Positions 12,578 through 25,195 of a stretch of 64,000 nt of DNA are shown piece after piece. Both the position numbers and the translations under genes were made by a program. Numbering within the stretch: the first letter of the stretch is position 1; every line of letters begins with the position of its first letter. The stretch is taken from positions 1,984,001-2,048,000 of the forward strand of contig CM022673.1 in assembly GCA_012295275.1 (NCBI GenBank). Direction: 5' to 3'. The DNA comes from Chrysomallon squamiferum (Eukaryota; Animalia; Mollusca). The notes beneath the pieces are model-generated. The model was not told the origin of the DNA, made no database searches, and saw nothing but the letters and a program-made list of their open reading frames with translations.

Positions 12578-14227
12578 TGTAGGGAAGCAGCTAGATATTT
12601 TTTTTTTCTTTTATGTAGTTCGATAAGACTGTAATACTGAGGATTTCATCCGATTGACAGTAACAGTTGTTTAATTGCATTTAGTTTCATAAATACTTTC
12701 GAACGTACATCCACCAGAATTATAAGCAGCGGCAAGAACGGGAAAAAGCCCAGTAGACGCACTGATGTTAGTCGATGATTCGTCTGTCTAAATTCATTAG
12801 CGCTCCACCATTGAATTTCAGCCGGTTCAGATTTCTACTTTTGATTTTGCTTCATAATCCCAGAATGTTTATATTTCATTGATATACATTTATCTTGTTA
12901 TTTTATTTTTTTTATTTTTTATTTTTATTTTGATTTTTTTTAAAGGGTGTATTTATGGGATTGAGGGTATTTTTATTTCTAATAGTTTTAAAATTAAAGT
13001 ACAAAAAAAAAAAGAAAGAAAAAAAAAAAAAGTAAATGACGTAAGAGTTTGTGCAGTTAGTATTCCTGATATTCATTTATTGTTGCTAAGTAGAAATTAA
13101 AGATGTATCGCTACCACTATATGTCATTTATTGACTCATTCATTTCATGCAATGCTTTATTTAAAGTGGTGTTTGACAGCATAATAATTAATTTCTTTTC
13201 TTTCTTTCTTTCTTTTTTTTTCTTTATTTTTATTATTTTTTTTTTTCTTTTTATTAAGATAACACTGATAATGTGCGTTCCCACGGCTAATTGCGAAATC
13301 TAAAGTCACTCCAACGATTCTTTTCTCTTCTTAATGTTTTATTTATTTATTTATTTATTTAATTTTATATCTAATCATGTATTTTTAATATTTATTTATA
13401 TCTTTATTTATTTTATTATTTGTTTGTTTGTTTATTTGTTTATTTATTTATATTATTTATTTATTTATTTATTTATTTGGCACAGTTACGCAATATATAT
13501 TTATAAACAAGAAGTCGTGCTTTAATATTATTCTCACAGAAAACAGTTGCTTGGAAAATTCCTTTGATGATTTAAACTGTCAAAGATTCATTAAGTGTTT
13601 TTTTTGACATTTTATATATATCACCTGCGTCTAACTCAAGATAGTGATCATTTTTTTAATTTTTGTGTAATTTTTGGCATAATAGATTTTACACCTCTTT
13701 AGGAAATTCAATAAATACCTGCTCTGATCAACTCAGATAAAGAGTGGCAGGAATAAATAGTTTTGTAAGCTATTAAAATCAAAGAAAAAAAAGGTATAAC
13801 TTGACCGAATCATGAGCGTGATTTCTTTGTTTATTCATTTTTATTTGATTATTATTTTATTTTTATTTGTTTTTTATTTTTTTTAATTTTTTTTGTTTGT
13901 TTGTTTATTTATTTTTTTTTTTTTCTTTATTTGTTCTTATTGTTTGGGAGATGCTTGGCGGGGATTATCTCAGAGATAAATGGTTTTGACTGAACTCCGA
14001 TATTCAAGTAAGTAAGTAAAGAAATAAAGAAAGAAAGAAAGAAATAAAAGAAAGAAAGAAAGAAAGAAAGGAAGGAAGGAAGGAAAAAAATTCGAATTTA
14101 GATCTGATTTTTTATGTAATATGTTTGTTCTGCACACTGCGAAAGATTTCGGATTTTATTTTCATATTATTATCAGAGGTTCGGTATGCTTTTTTTACTT
14201 CTTTTTTTTTTCATTTTTGTTGTCTTT

Positions 14228-14260
<33 letters not shown>

Positions 14261-15187
14261 ATGCGTGTGTGTGTGTGTTCGAGTATGTCTGTACATAAAA
14301 AAACACACACGTTTATAAAGGTACAGTATCAACAAATCGTGCCGTTAAAACAATACAATATTGTTTAATTAGCATCCGTGAGATACAAGGAATATCAGGA
14401 CTTTCGTGGAAATACTCAGTCTGTCGCGTCGACTAAACCTAATCAGCCAATTACTGTCTGCAATCTTATCTAGTTCTAAACGTTTCCCGGAACAATAGCC
14501 AATGAATTGTAGTCAGGTATTTCAGCTATTTCGATATGTCGACATGGTAGATTATGTTAACATATGTAATCTGATATTTAATGTGAGTGTATAATTTGAG
14601 AGGGAGGGGAAAAAAAAACCACGTGTAACCCAACGAAGGCCAGATAATGGCATAATCTGTGAAAAGGAACATTAATCAGTATGATAGGTGTATTTCAAAG
14701 ACACATGGGTTGGCTTGAATAGGAAATAATGCAGCATATCGATAATAAAATTCATTGCATAGACTTCGTGATAACTATATATATATATATGTCTTTTGTA
14801 TTGGTTTTGCATCAACTAAAAAAGAATGCAAAGATATTGAGACATTGTGCAGTATGTTTTATTATTAAATACAAAAATAATTCTGTTATTACAATGGTCG
14901 CTTCCCAGATCCGGCTTTGTCTCAGTTCAAGAGAATATACAGTAATGTAATAATATAATTATAATACGTATTTAGATACTGAAGCATTTCTTTTCGTCAG
15001 CCTTTGATATAGAATAAAATTATAGTAAAAATAAAATAAAATATAAATAAAATAAATACAATTGCTTCTGCAACTAATACTACGACTACTACAACGACAA
15101 CAACTATTACTGCAACTGATACGACTGCAATAACTACTACTATTTCAACTACAAATATTAATAGTAAGAATAATAACAATAACATCG

Positions 15188-15239
<52 letters not shown>

Positions 15240-15674
15240 TCCATTATAAACTGAACAGACAAACAAAATGTCAGACACGCGGAACTTGGAAAACGTTCCA
15301 GAATTTAATGAAACATAAGCAACACGTGCAGGATTTGATTCTTTTTCACAAATTCAACAAATCCACCATCCTCGCTCGCACACCATCAGGCATACACGAA
15401 TATTTTTTTTTTTTTTTTTTTTTTAAATGTTTGAAGTTCACGTGATTAAAGTTTCCACATTCAGACGGGATATGTTCCGAACAAGCAGTTAATAGCTGAT
15501 GAAACAATTAAGCCTAACATCTGAAGCCAAATAACAAGCCGAGGGCAAACTTCACAGTTTGAATAAGAAGAGTAAACATCTACAACTTGTATTGCGAGTT
15601 CTTCTCTTCAAACACTCGAGAAAGTTCGAGAATTCAGTGCAGGAATCACTAATAGAAATAGGATTTGAATTACG

Positions 15675-16190
15675 TGCTTTATAAATACCTGAATTGTTAT
15701 TACTTTTACACAAAACGGTACTCATAATGCACCCAGCAGCTGGTTCCATACAGCCTTTAAATATGTGCATTTTAAATATCTGAATTGTTATTATTTTTAT
15801 ATAAATGGCGGTTATAACACAGTCAGCAGTAGTTCTATTTTGTCAATACAGTGAGGGTGGGGTAGATGGAATTCAGTCTACTCAGTGAGTGTAACGAAGC
15901 ACTTTGAACACGTCCCTTTCACGAGTTCTAGTTTTTATGCGTTTTATAAATGGCGCTCATAACACACGTTCAGCAACACGTCATGCGTGTTAACAGTGAC
16001 GTAATGAGAAGGACCGGGTAGACAGAATTAGTAACAGCAGCAAGGCCCTTTAAACACGTCCCTTTAATCAGTTGTAATTTTTATGCGTTAATAAAAATGG
16101 CGCTCGTAACACACGTTCAGAAACTAGTTACGTAATCAGAGGGGTGGTGTAGATTAAGTTAATCTACTCAGTTAGTGTAACAAGGCACCG
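15675..16190. repeat. Degenerate tandem array, about 4 units of 95-150 bp with core ttataaatggcgctcataacacacgttcag
   Basis: Core recurs near 15715, 15800, 15945, 16090; aacacgtcccttt and tctactcagt.agtgtaac each recur twice. Confidence 0.7.
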
Positions 16191-16492
16191 CTACTGCATG
16201 GTATGAGACCTCTGTTTTAATCTAGCCTAACTGACGTATGTACAAGAAACCACTCTACAAACCTGCATACATTTTGAAATATAATAGTGGTAACTTTTTT
16301 TCCTGTTACATTTTTTTACTTTATTTTTATTTTTCCTATGCTAAATTGTTACTTTTTTCCAGCCACCGACGTAACACGTCAAATCTGGAACGACATTTTA
16401 ACGATTATTAAATTCAGAATTTCGTAATATTCAAGGGCATTAATTCTCTCTTCTTTTATTTTTTCTTATCTTTCTTTCTTTCTTTTTTTTTT

Positions 16493-16524
<32 letters not shown>

Positions 16525-17079
16525 TATTATTTTTTTATTTTATTTTTTTTTTTTTATTATTATTTTTTTTAAATTTGTAGTTATATCCTGCACTAATACC
16601 CACTGAGGGAAAGGAGAGTTTATGTGTTAAAATGGATATGGTAATACACAGCGAGTGACAGTATAGTTTCATGTATTTTTCAGTGACGTCACCAGCTCAC
16701 ATTCAGCCCCTAAGCGCACTTTTATTACCAAAAAATGCAAAAGGAATTATTTTTGTGAACTTAAATATAAGAATACTTTGTTATTCAAGTAGATTATAAA
16801 AAATATCAGTATCTAGAACATTTAAAATAACGGGCATGTTTTTATCATAATCGTGATGAACGTCTTTCAAAACGTCGACCGCTTCATAATCATTAACTTT
16901 TAAATCTTTTGTTCGTGTTTTTCTTACTTGTTTTATATTCCATTTGATTTATTGTGTTATATTCTTAACGTTTTGGCCGTTGTATGAATGTCAGTGTTCG
17001 TTAGGCAGGTATATTTGTAGGTTAACAGAAGAAGAAGAAGAAAAAAAGTAAAATCAAACTAGGTATTTTTTGTCTTATC

Positions 17080-17116
<37 letters not shown>

Positions 17117-19234
17117 CTTATGTAGGATTAATATGCCAAGAAGAAAATGGTGTTATGTTGTTGTTATTTGGTAATTTAAGTTTAGGGAAATGTATCTGAA
17201 AACTTTTTTAATATTTTCTTTTCTTTTTTCTTTATTTCTTTTATTATTTCTTTCTTTCTTTATTTAACATACGTATCCAGTTTAGATCAAATTCTCGTGA
17301 AACACGTTATTCAGTACAGACAGACATCTAGCAGTTAATTCACTGAAGAAAAGATTTTACAGGTTTAAGATTAAATATGTGAAAAGGGATATTTGTGTAA
17401 TTATACCAACACTGTACATTGTAATAGGAGTGCGTGTATGTATACATGTATATATTATGCATGTATGATGAGTGCACGTGTGTGTATGTAAAAAAAAACA
17501 AATCAGAAATCAAATGTCATTCTGATCAAAGATTTTATCTATATTATTTTACAATTACATGTTCACTTTACACTGGATATAAATGAGATGATCGTATGTA
17601 AGACAAACGGACGTACAAACAAACACGAATGTTTTACGAGAGCCAAGACGTAACACCTTTGCCAGGACTTAACAGAGACGTAACTCAAGAGTAAATTAGT
17701 AAAATTCCTGTCAAGATTTGCTCTTCGCTATCAACAACGAAGACGCTGTAAGCCGGACATACAAAGAGTTTACGACCACAACAAGCAGGTGTCAATCTCG
17801 AAGTCTTTACTTTGATGTTCACACTCTGATTAAATAAAGATTCAAGTCTGACGATAAGACAAACTGTTAACAAAAGACGCGGTCTTGCTGTCAAACTGCG
17901 ACGACAAAATTACTCTGGAGGAATTTTGGACTCTCGTTCACTGTGGTAATCTCTACGCTTGAACTGATGATCGTACGTCTTCTCTGTGGTCATGGTAACA
18001 TTACTGTGTGTTAATGATTCCCCTTTCTGGACGTAGACGACTCCGCCAATATCCAGTATGTTATTTATCTTCTCTTCTTTAATAAAGTCTACATCTGAAA
18101 TTATAGCTGTTAGAAATTCAGTAGTTTCACTCTAGCAGTACTACAGTAGTACTATAGCAAGATGTGTTAGGTCAAAATAAATAAATAAATAAATAAAACA
18201 AAACAAAACCCATCATCTTTCTTTTTTTAATTATTTTTGTTTTTGTTGTTGTCCTATCTTCGTTATCATTCGTCATCATATTTATTTTCATTGTCATTAT
18301 CATTATTTGTTATTTATTGTTATCGTTCAGAACAAGATAATAACAACAACAACAACAACAACAACAATAAATAAATAAATAAATAACCTACTGCATGAAT
18401 TCGACTTTCTGCGTGCAATTTAATTAATATACATCATTTTATTTATAATTGTTGTTGTTGTTGTTATTGTTATTATTAGTAGTATTACTTCCATTGAAAC
18501 TACTGTTGGTATTATTTTCGTTACTACTGTCTTTGTTTCGTTTGATCTAGTTCTCTAAATGACGTGTAATGAAAATGAGACTATACGAGACCGTCCCAGC
18601 ACGATTCCATTCTATTACCGTTCATTTCAACAAAGATGTTATCAGATATGGGATACACAAACAGCGTATCAACTTGACATGAAAATTAAATAATCAATAG
18701 AAATAAAGAAGTTATTAGAATTCTTGTGTTTCTTATTGATCTGAGCTCACCAGACCTTCATATTACAGGTGCCAGATACGGAAACCAATTAGAACCGTTG
18801 ATTAATGGAATTTACGGCAATTTGAAACAAACAACTATGGCCAGTCTATGACGATACTGCGCATGCTCGGCGAGAGTATCCGTAATTTATAACACAAACA
18901 ACCTCCCCCTGTCCTACCCTGAAAATATTGATTTTAGTTTTCCCGCGTTGATACATTACATCGCGCTGGTCTGAAAATCATTATTTGAATGAAATAGTGT
19001 GTGGCAGTGTAAAATAATCGTAATTTATCTCTGTTTAAAACAAAATAACTAAACAAAAATAAACCATTCTAAAAAGACAAATTGAAAGAAAGGAGGAATA
19101 TGAAAAAACAACAACAACAACAAACAGTATTAAATAAAATGTGACAATATTTGAGAAAATACAGAAAAGGTAAATTATCATATGCATAGAATTGATAAAC
19201 TGATTAATAAATTCGATGTTATATGGAAAATAAG

Positions 19235-19239
<5 letters not shown>

Positions 19240-19301
<62 letters not shown>
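19240..19301. repeat. (AG)n microsatellite
   Basis: Perfect run. Confidence 0.97.
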
Positions 19302-19304
<3 letters not shown>

Positions 19305-19749
19305 GAGACGAGCGAGAAAGAAAGACGGAGAGGTATCAATCATTAACTATGCTAAAAAAAAAATCCCTACGATTTTTGTTGTATATATTTACGCTGGTTA
19401 TTCAATCAGACGCGACTAATTTGTTACTGGCATGCACGAAGTCAGTTAAATAGTCATACGAGACGTAAAAATGATCAGTCCATTGTCGTGTTTTGTGAAA
19501 ATCACGAAATCAGCGAAATCTCAGACGCTGATCACTTACTGTTTACACACACGTGTTCTCTGTTCAATAAATTCTTATTTAAATACAAAACAAAGAAACA
19601 ACTAAAATATATTTTATAACAAAAGTTTATGAAACCATTGGACTACCGAATACATCTCAGTACGTACAAACAGGTTTCCGTATTATCATCAATAATAGAA
19701 CTATATGCATAAATAGTTTTAAAAACAGTAACAGTACTGATAATATTGG

Positions 19750-19752
19750 TAT

Positions 19753-19791
<39 letters not shown>

Positions 19792-20009
19792 CAGTACTAG
19801 CAGTAGTTATAGTAGTATTTGTTGTGTTGTTGTTTTAGTAATAATACATATAACTGGATATTGTTATTGTAAGAAGAAGCAGATGCAGTCATAACACTAT
19901 TGATAGAAGTATCGTAGTATTTTTATAATAGTATTTGCAGTCGTAGTAACAGTAGCAGTTGTTACTGTAGTAATAGTAGTAGGATTAGTAGTAGTAGTAT
20001 TAGTTGTAT

Positions 20010-20047
<38 letters not shown>

Positions 20048-20075
20048 TAGTAGTAATAGTAGTTGTAGTAGTAAT
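19750..20075. repeat. (TAG)n degenerate tract
   Basis: Visible low-complexity run. Confidence 0.85.
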
Positions 20076-20178
20076 TCTGTAGGTGTAAGAAATGCTATAA
20101 ATAGTATTTACCATACTGATGTTCGTAACGTGTGGGCAGCTCAGCCAGATGTGACAATTTGCTCATACAGAACAATAA

Positions 20179-20233
<55 letters not shown>

Positions 20234-20708
20234 GACAAAGTTCAGTAACTAAAGCACACAAAATAAACTTAAAATAAGCAAAACATAAAAAAAAAACAAA
20301 AAAAAACAAACAAAACAAACAAAACAAAATAAGCAGAACATAATATTGTGATTGCGTGAGTGTGTTAATTATATAAAACATTGCTCGGAAAAAAACCATC
20401 CGGCATTTATATAAGATTAATTTGTGTGCTAAAATGAATAATAATGATGATGATGATGATGATGATGATACTAATAATACTACCACTAATAATAAAAATA
20501 ATAATAATTTTTAAAAAACAATTTTAATAAATAAAATACAATGAATCTAATTATGCACTATGAAACTGACTGTACGTAATTGTTAATTTTTAAATATATA
20601 TATGTGTGTATATGTATATATGTATAAATAAATGAATAATTCGAAAATTCAGAAATTAAAATGTTATTTTAATATAAGTTTTTCATGAAGATATCCATCG
20701 ATATCAAT

Positions 20709-20743
<35 letters not shown>

Positions 20744-20755
20744 ATGCCAACTGAC

Positions 20756-20926
20756 CTTGACCCTCAAAGTGTTTCTCCAGGTCACTCTCGTCCAGGTGGT
20801 CAGTGTTTGTCTGGAAGGTCTGTGTCATGTCGCTGATAGCACTCAGGTCTTTGTCCTTTGTCATAGTTCTCATCAGAAGACTTGTACATCTCAGAGCCAG
20901 TTCCAGTGCATCCATCCAGCATTTGC
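20756..20926 (-). pseudogene. Orphan duplicate of ORP8 exon 43055-43225 (single exon with flanking intron sequence, about 20710-21063)
   Basis: 169/171 nt identical to 43055-43225 (offset 22299). Both splice sites are intact and about 135 nt of upstream intron is also copied. No neighbouring ORP8 exons are duplicated. Confidence 0.85.
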
Positions 20927-21208
20927 CTGTAAAACAATAACAAAATAAAAAACAAAAATTTATTAACCTACCAGATGTTGTATAAGTTGCATTTATTATT
21001 CCTGTCATGTATTTGGAGGGGATGAGACATTTTTTTTTTTTAAATTTTCAAAATATATTTGACCTGTTTTGAAATACAATATATATATCACAAGTCCTTG
21101 ACATGACAATATATATATATATTATTATTTTTATTTTTTCAAAGTATATGTACCTTAACACCTTAAGAAACGTTCCATCTAATAAAACATCGTGATTCCC
21201 CTTTTTAC

Positions 21209-21420
21209 CTGTGTGCGAGAGCCAACATGGCAGAAACTGATAGGTCACGTGGTCACCTGTACGTTTGGCTATTTCACACTTGATTTAAGTTAACTGTTCT
21301 GCAAAAGGATGATGAACTTCGACGAAAAGTGACCATTATCGTTTCGAACCTGTTTACACGTCTGAGCAAGACATTTGTGTGTGTTTTTACGATTATTGTT
21401 AAAACACGTTAAGCCATCCA
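21209..21420 (-). promoter_or_regulatory. CpG-containing promoter-like patch / candidate distal first exon of the SLC26 gene
   Basis: E-box GTCACGTG near 21244, YY1-like GCCATGTT, GCC-ATG at 21228 and CAG|gtaaaa donor at 21208, at the edge of the CpG-rich domain. Confidence 0.3.
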
Positions 21421-21653
21421 GTGCATTTTATTTGTTTGTTTGCGTATTTATTTATTTTATTTTTTGGCTTGTTATTTATTTATTTATTTATTTATTTATT
21501 TTTTTATGTTTTCTTGGTTGACGTCTTTGTAGTTTATGAGTCAACAAAAATTAGGTTTGTATTACAAAGGATATGAGCTAATGATTTTTCTGGGTTCAAG
21601 AAATTCAAAAGAAAATGTAAGTAAATCATTGTATTGATCTCACACATATAAAA

Positions 21654-21692
<39 letters not shown>

Positions 21693-22291
21693 ATACAGTA
21701 TATATATATATAATAAAAATAAATACAAAAATAAAATTAATAATAAAACATATCTTAAACAGTTGAATCACAAACAATATAAAACACGTTTTCTCTTTTG
21801 CATGACAAAATCAAATATCTACGTCTGCTAAAAAAAAAAAAAAAAATTGGCTTGTCTACTTTTTATACGAAACTGCATGAAGTGAATACATTGGTGAATG
21901 ATTGACCTTTCCATTCTAAAAGCTATTTTCAAGTGAAACTGTAATGAACTCTCTCCATTAGCTTCACATCTCATCCACACCCTGGACTGCACGGCCAGTT
22001 AAACATTCTCTTTATAAACTGTGAATTCTTTAGAATGCTCGAATGTCTGCGCAAATGAAGGATCAAGAAAATGAAATGAAACTCTAATGACCGATGTTCT
22101 TAGCTGGGCACTTGTCCAGGAAGTTATTGTGTGGAAGATATTGGCTAAAGGCTGCCAGAAATACAGTAAAAAAAAAAAAAAAAATATTATTATTTCTCCT
22201 TGGTGACAGATGTGTTTGGAAGGAATTAATATTTTGATAAAATCACCTACATTGTTGAGAAACCTTTCTAACAGTTTTGTTTGTTTGACTT

Positions 22292-22322
<31 letters not shown>

Positions 22323-22584
22323 TTCTATTTAATCTACTCTTACAGACTCATACATATGCATGTACACATACACGTTCATTCATCCCTAAAATTAAAATAA
22401 ATTTTACAAAACGTATGGAGATCAAACATGGTTCATTTCTGTTTGTTTTTTTTTTTTGTTTTGGTTTTTTAAATCACTAAGCTCAACATTTGTTATTATT
22501 AGATACATTTTATAAAACCAGGAATTACAACACAAGAGTATTGATATAACACAAATTATTTTTTGACATTTCACAAAACTGTAC

Positions 22585-22590
22585 TTTATT
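22585..22590 (-). terminator. Candidate distal poly(A) signal (AATAAA) of the ORP8 gene
   Basis: tttatt on plus, with a GU/U-rich tract about 35-65 nt downstream in transcript sense, near the end of the CpG-depleted domain. Many other AATAAA hexamers exist in this AT-rich DNA. Confidence 0.3.
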
Positions 22591-22984
22591 ATTATTGGAT
22601 CATTTGAGCAAATATATCTTCAAAAAACACGATTATTTATTTCATAAAGTTTTTATCTAATATGTTTTAAACTTAATGTATGTTATTTATCATGTAGACT
22701 GTCCAAATATTTTATGATTTTATTTTCGCTATTACAGGTATCATCATTATCATCATTATTATTTAGTTTTATGCTTTTAAAAAATGTTATTTTGCTTAGG
22801 TTTCAGTCAGGATTTGAATAATATACAGCTGTCTCATCCCAGTCACTTTGGTTTTAATCAAAATTTCTGTGAAAACAAAAAATGTAACAAAAATGGAAAA
22901 ATGGCTTTTTTATTTTTATATGAGTATTGTATTACATAATTAAACCAGAGTAAACAAAACAAAATATAAAAAAACAACAACAAC

Positions 22985-23540
22985 AAAAAATAACATATTT
23001 GAAAATATTTATTACTAATAGTGTCAGTTATATGTAGTAATATTTCTATTAGTAACATTAGAAGGAATAATATATAGCAGTAATGGTAGAAAAAAAATTT
23101 AAATTTAAAATTTACTAACATTTGAATTATATATTATTACTAGTGTTAGTACTGTTAGTAGGAGTAATACATAGTAGTGGTAGTGAAAAAAAAAATAAAG
23201 TTAAAATATAATAACATTTTTGAATTATATTTATTATTACTAGTGTTAATATTAGTAGGAGTAATAGTAATAATGGTAGTAAAAAAATGAAAATAAATTT
23301 TAAAGAAAAGATATAACATCTGAAATTATATTTATTATTAGTAGTATTAAAATTAGTAGAAGTAATAGTAGTAGTGACTGTAAAAAAATAAAAATAAATT
23401 TTAAATGTAAGATATGATAACATTTGAAATTATACTTAGTAATAGTAGTTTTAGTAATGTTAGTAGGAATAGTAGTAGTAGTGTTAATAATAAAAAGTCG
23501 TAATAATAAAACAAATTTAAAGGTAAGATATAATAACTAG
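22985..23540. repeat. Degenerate AT-rich tandem repeat, about 100 bp x 5-6
   Basis: Recurrent taacatttgaaattatatttattatta..tagt.ttagtagga.taatagtagt. Confidence 0.7.
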
Positions 23541-23894
23541 TCATGGTGTTAAATAATTCTTCATTCAGAATGTTAATCATGAAATCAAAAAAACAGAATG
23601 TTATACATATAAATAATAATAATAATAATAATATTAATAATACAAAGAACCAAACATCAACAATTTTCTTTGCAACAAACTTTTATTATTTACCATTGCT
23701 AATAAAAATGCATTTACTACTTTTTAAGAAATGAAATAACTACAAAGGCACACATACATTACTTTTTTCAGTCTGTACACTAAAGTACAAATAAATAAGT
23801 TCTACATAAATGCATCACTGACATCCATAAATATGTAAAAGTAAGTCTACAGATAAAATGAACTGCAGTGTGAGTGCATGTGTGTTTGTGTATG

Positions 23895-23933
<39 letters not shown>

Positions 23934-25164
23934 GTTTGTGTGTGCACATCTGTTTTGCACATACTTGTAAATGTAAGTTCTCAGAAACACTTTTTAATTA
24001 TTTATAATTTAATTTTTGCTAACAAAAGTTATTACAGTAACATATTTATCATTTGGTGTAACTGATTTTTTCAAAACAGTTGATCAAATTTACTGACAGT
24101 GAATGAAAATTAAGTAGATATATTTACATAACTGTTATTAAAAAAAAAAAAAAAAAAAAAAAAATTTCAACAAACATTAAAATCTTCTTCAGTTTTGCTT
24201 TCATGGATGCCACAAAAGTTACATCATATTTTAGAAACAAGAAATTTAAAATAGACTGGTGACTTTTTTGAAGTATGTTTCTGTGATAAAAAAATAATTC
24301 ATCCAATGACATCATTATGCAGGTAAACATTATGCTTATTGAAAGTTAATCAAATTATACCATCTTGCAATAATTTATTCAAATATTCTGTTTCTGCAAG
24401 TTTTTTTTTTTTTTTTTTTTTTTAATTATCTTTTTCAAATTCTTATTTAAAGTATTGTTTTTTGAAAATTCTTATTAACTATTTTTTCTTTCGGCATGTT
24501 TTTGCAAATTATCTTTCAAAATATTATGTATTTGTATAAATCTTATTCAAAGTAAATCTTTCTATGATTCTAAAACACTTAATGAAACTTGCTGAATATT
24601 TTTATTTATCTAATATTTTAAAACTACATGATAAAACTAATATTACTAGTTGTTACAAGCATTCTTATTTTAAACTAACTGACAGCCCTTGTATAAAAAT
24701 CTAATGATTTTACTTACATATGTACACACAATGAGCATTTATAAAAAGAAGATTTATATATTATGAACATGACCACTAAGATACCAATCTTTTTAAGATG
24801 AAAATATACCACCATAATTAAAATTACCTTGTTATAAATGACTACAAAAAAAAAAATAATAATAATAATAAAAAAAATTAAATATTAATAAATAAATAAG
24901 TTAAAAAAAAAAAAAAAAAAAAAACAGTTCTTTATATTTGATATAACAGACATATTATTATTCAACAAAACTACATGTTTTCTCACTAAACCAAATACAC
25001 AGATGTTTAACATTTTGTAGGTTGTTACCTTTTGATTACAAAATTTTTAATTTATGAATAAAAAAAGAAGATTACAAATAAAACTAATAAAATGACAAAA
25101 TACATATAATAAAGTTTGTAAAAGAGATATTATTATCTGAAGAAAATTCAGCTGAATTTTAATT

Positions 25165-25195
<31 letters not shown>

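Noticed and set aside
20756-20926. In-frame ORP8-SLC26 fusion through the duplicated exon
   Set aside because: The copy ends in phase 1 but the SLC26 exon needs phase 2; direct splicing stops after about 10 codons (…TTT CTT TAG).
20710-21063. Duplicated exon as a haplotig or assembly artefact
   Set aside because: It is short, embedded in unique flanks and carries several independent substitutions and indels in the intron part. It is not fully excluded without reads.
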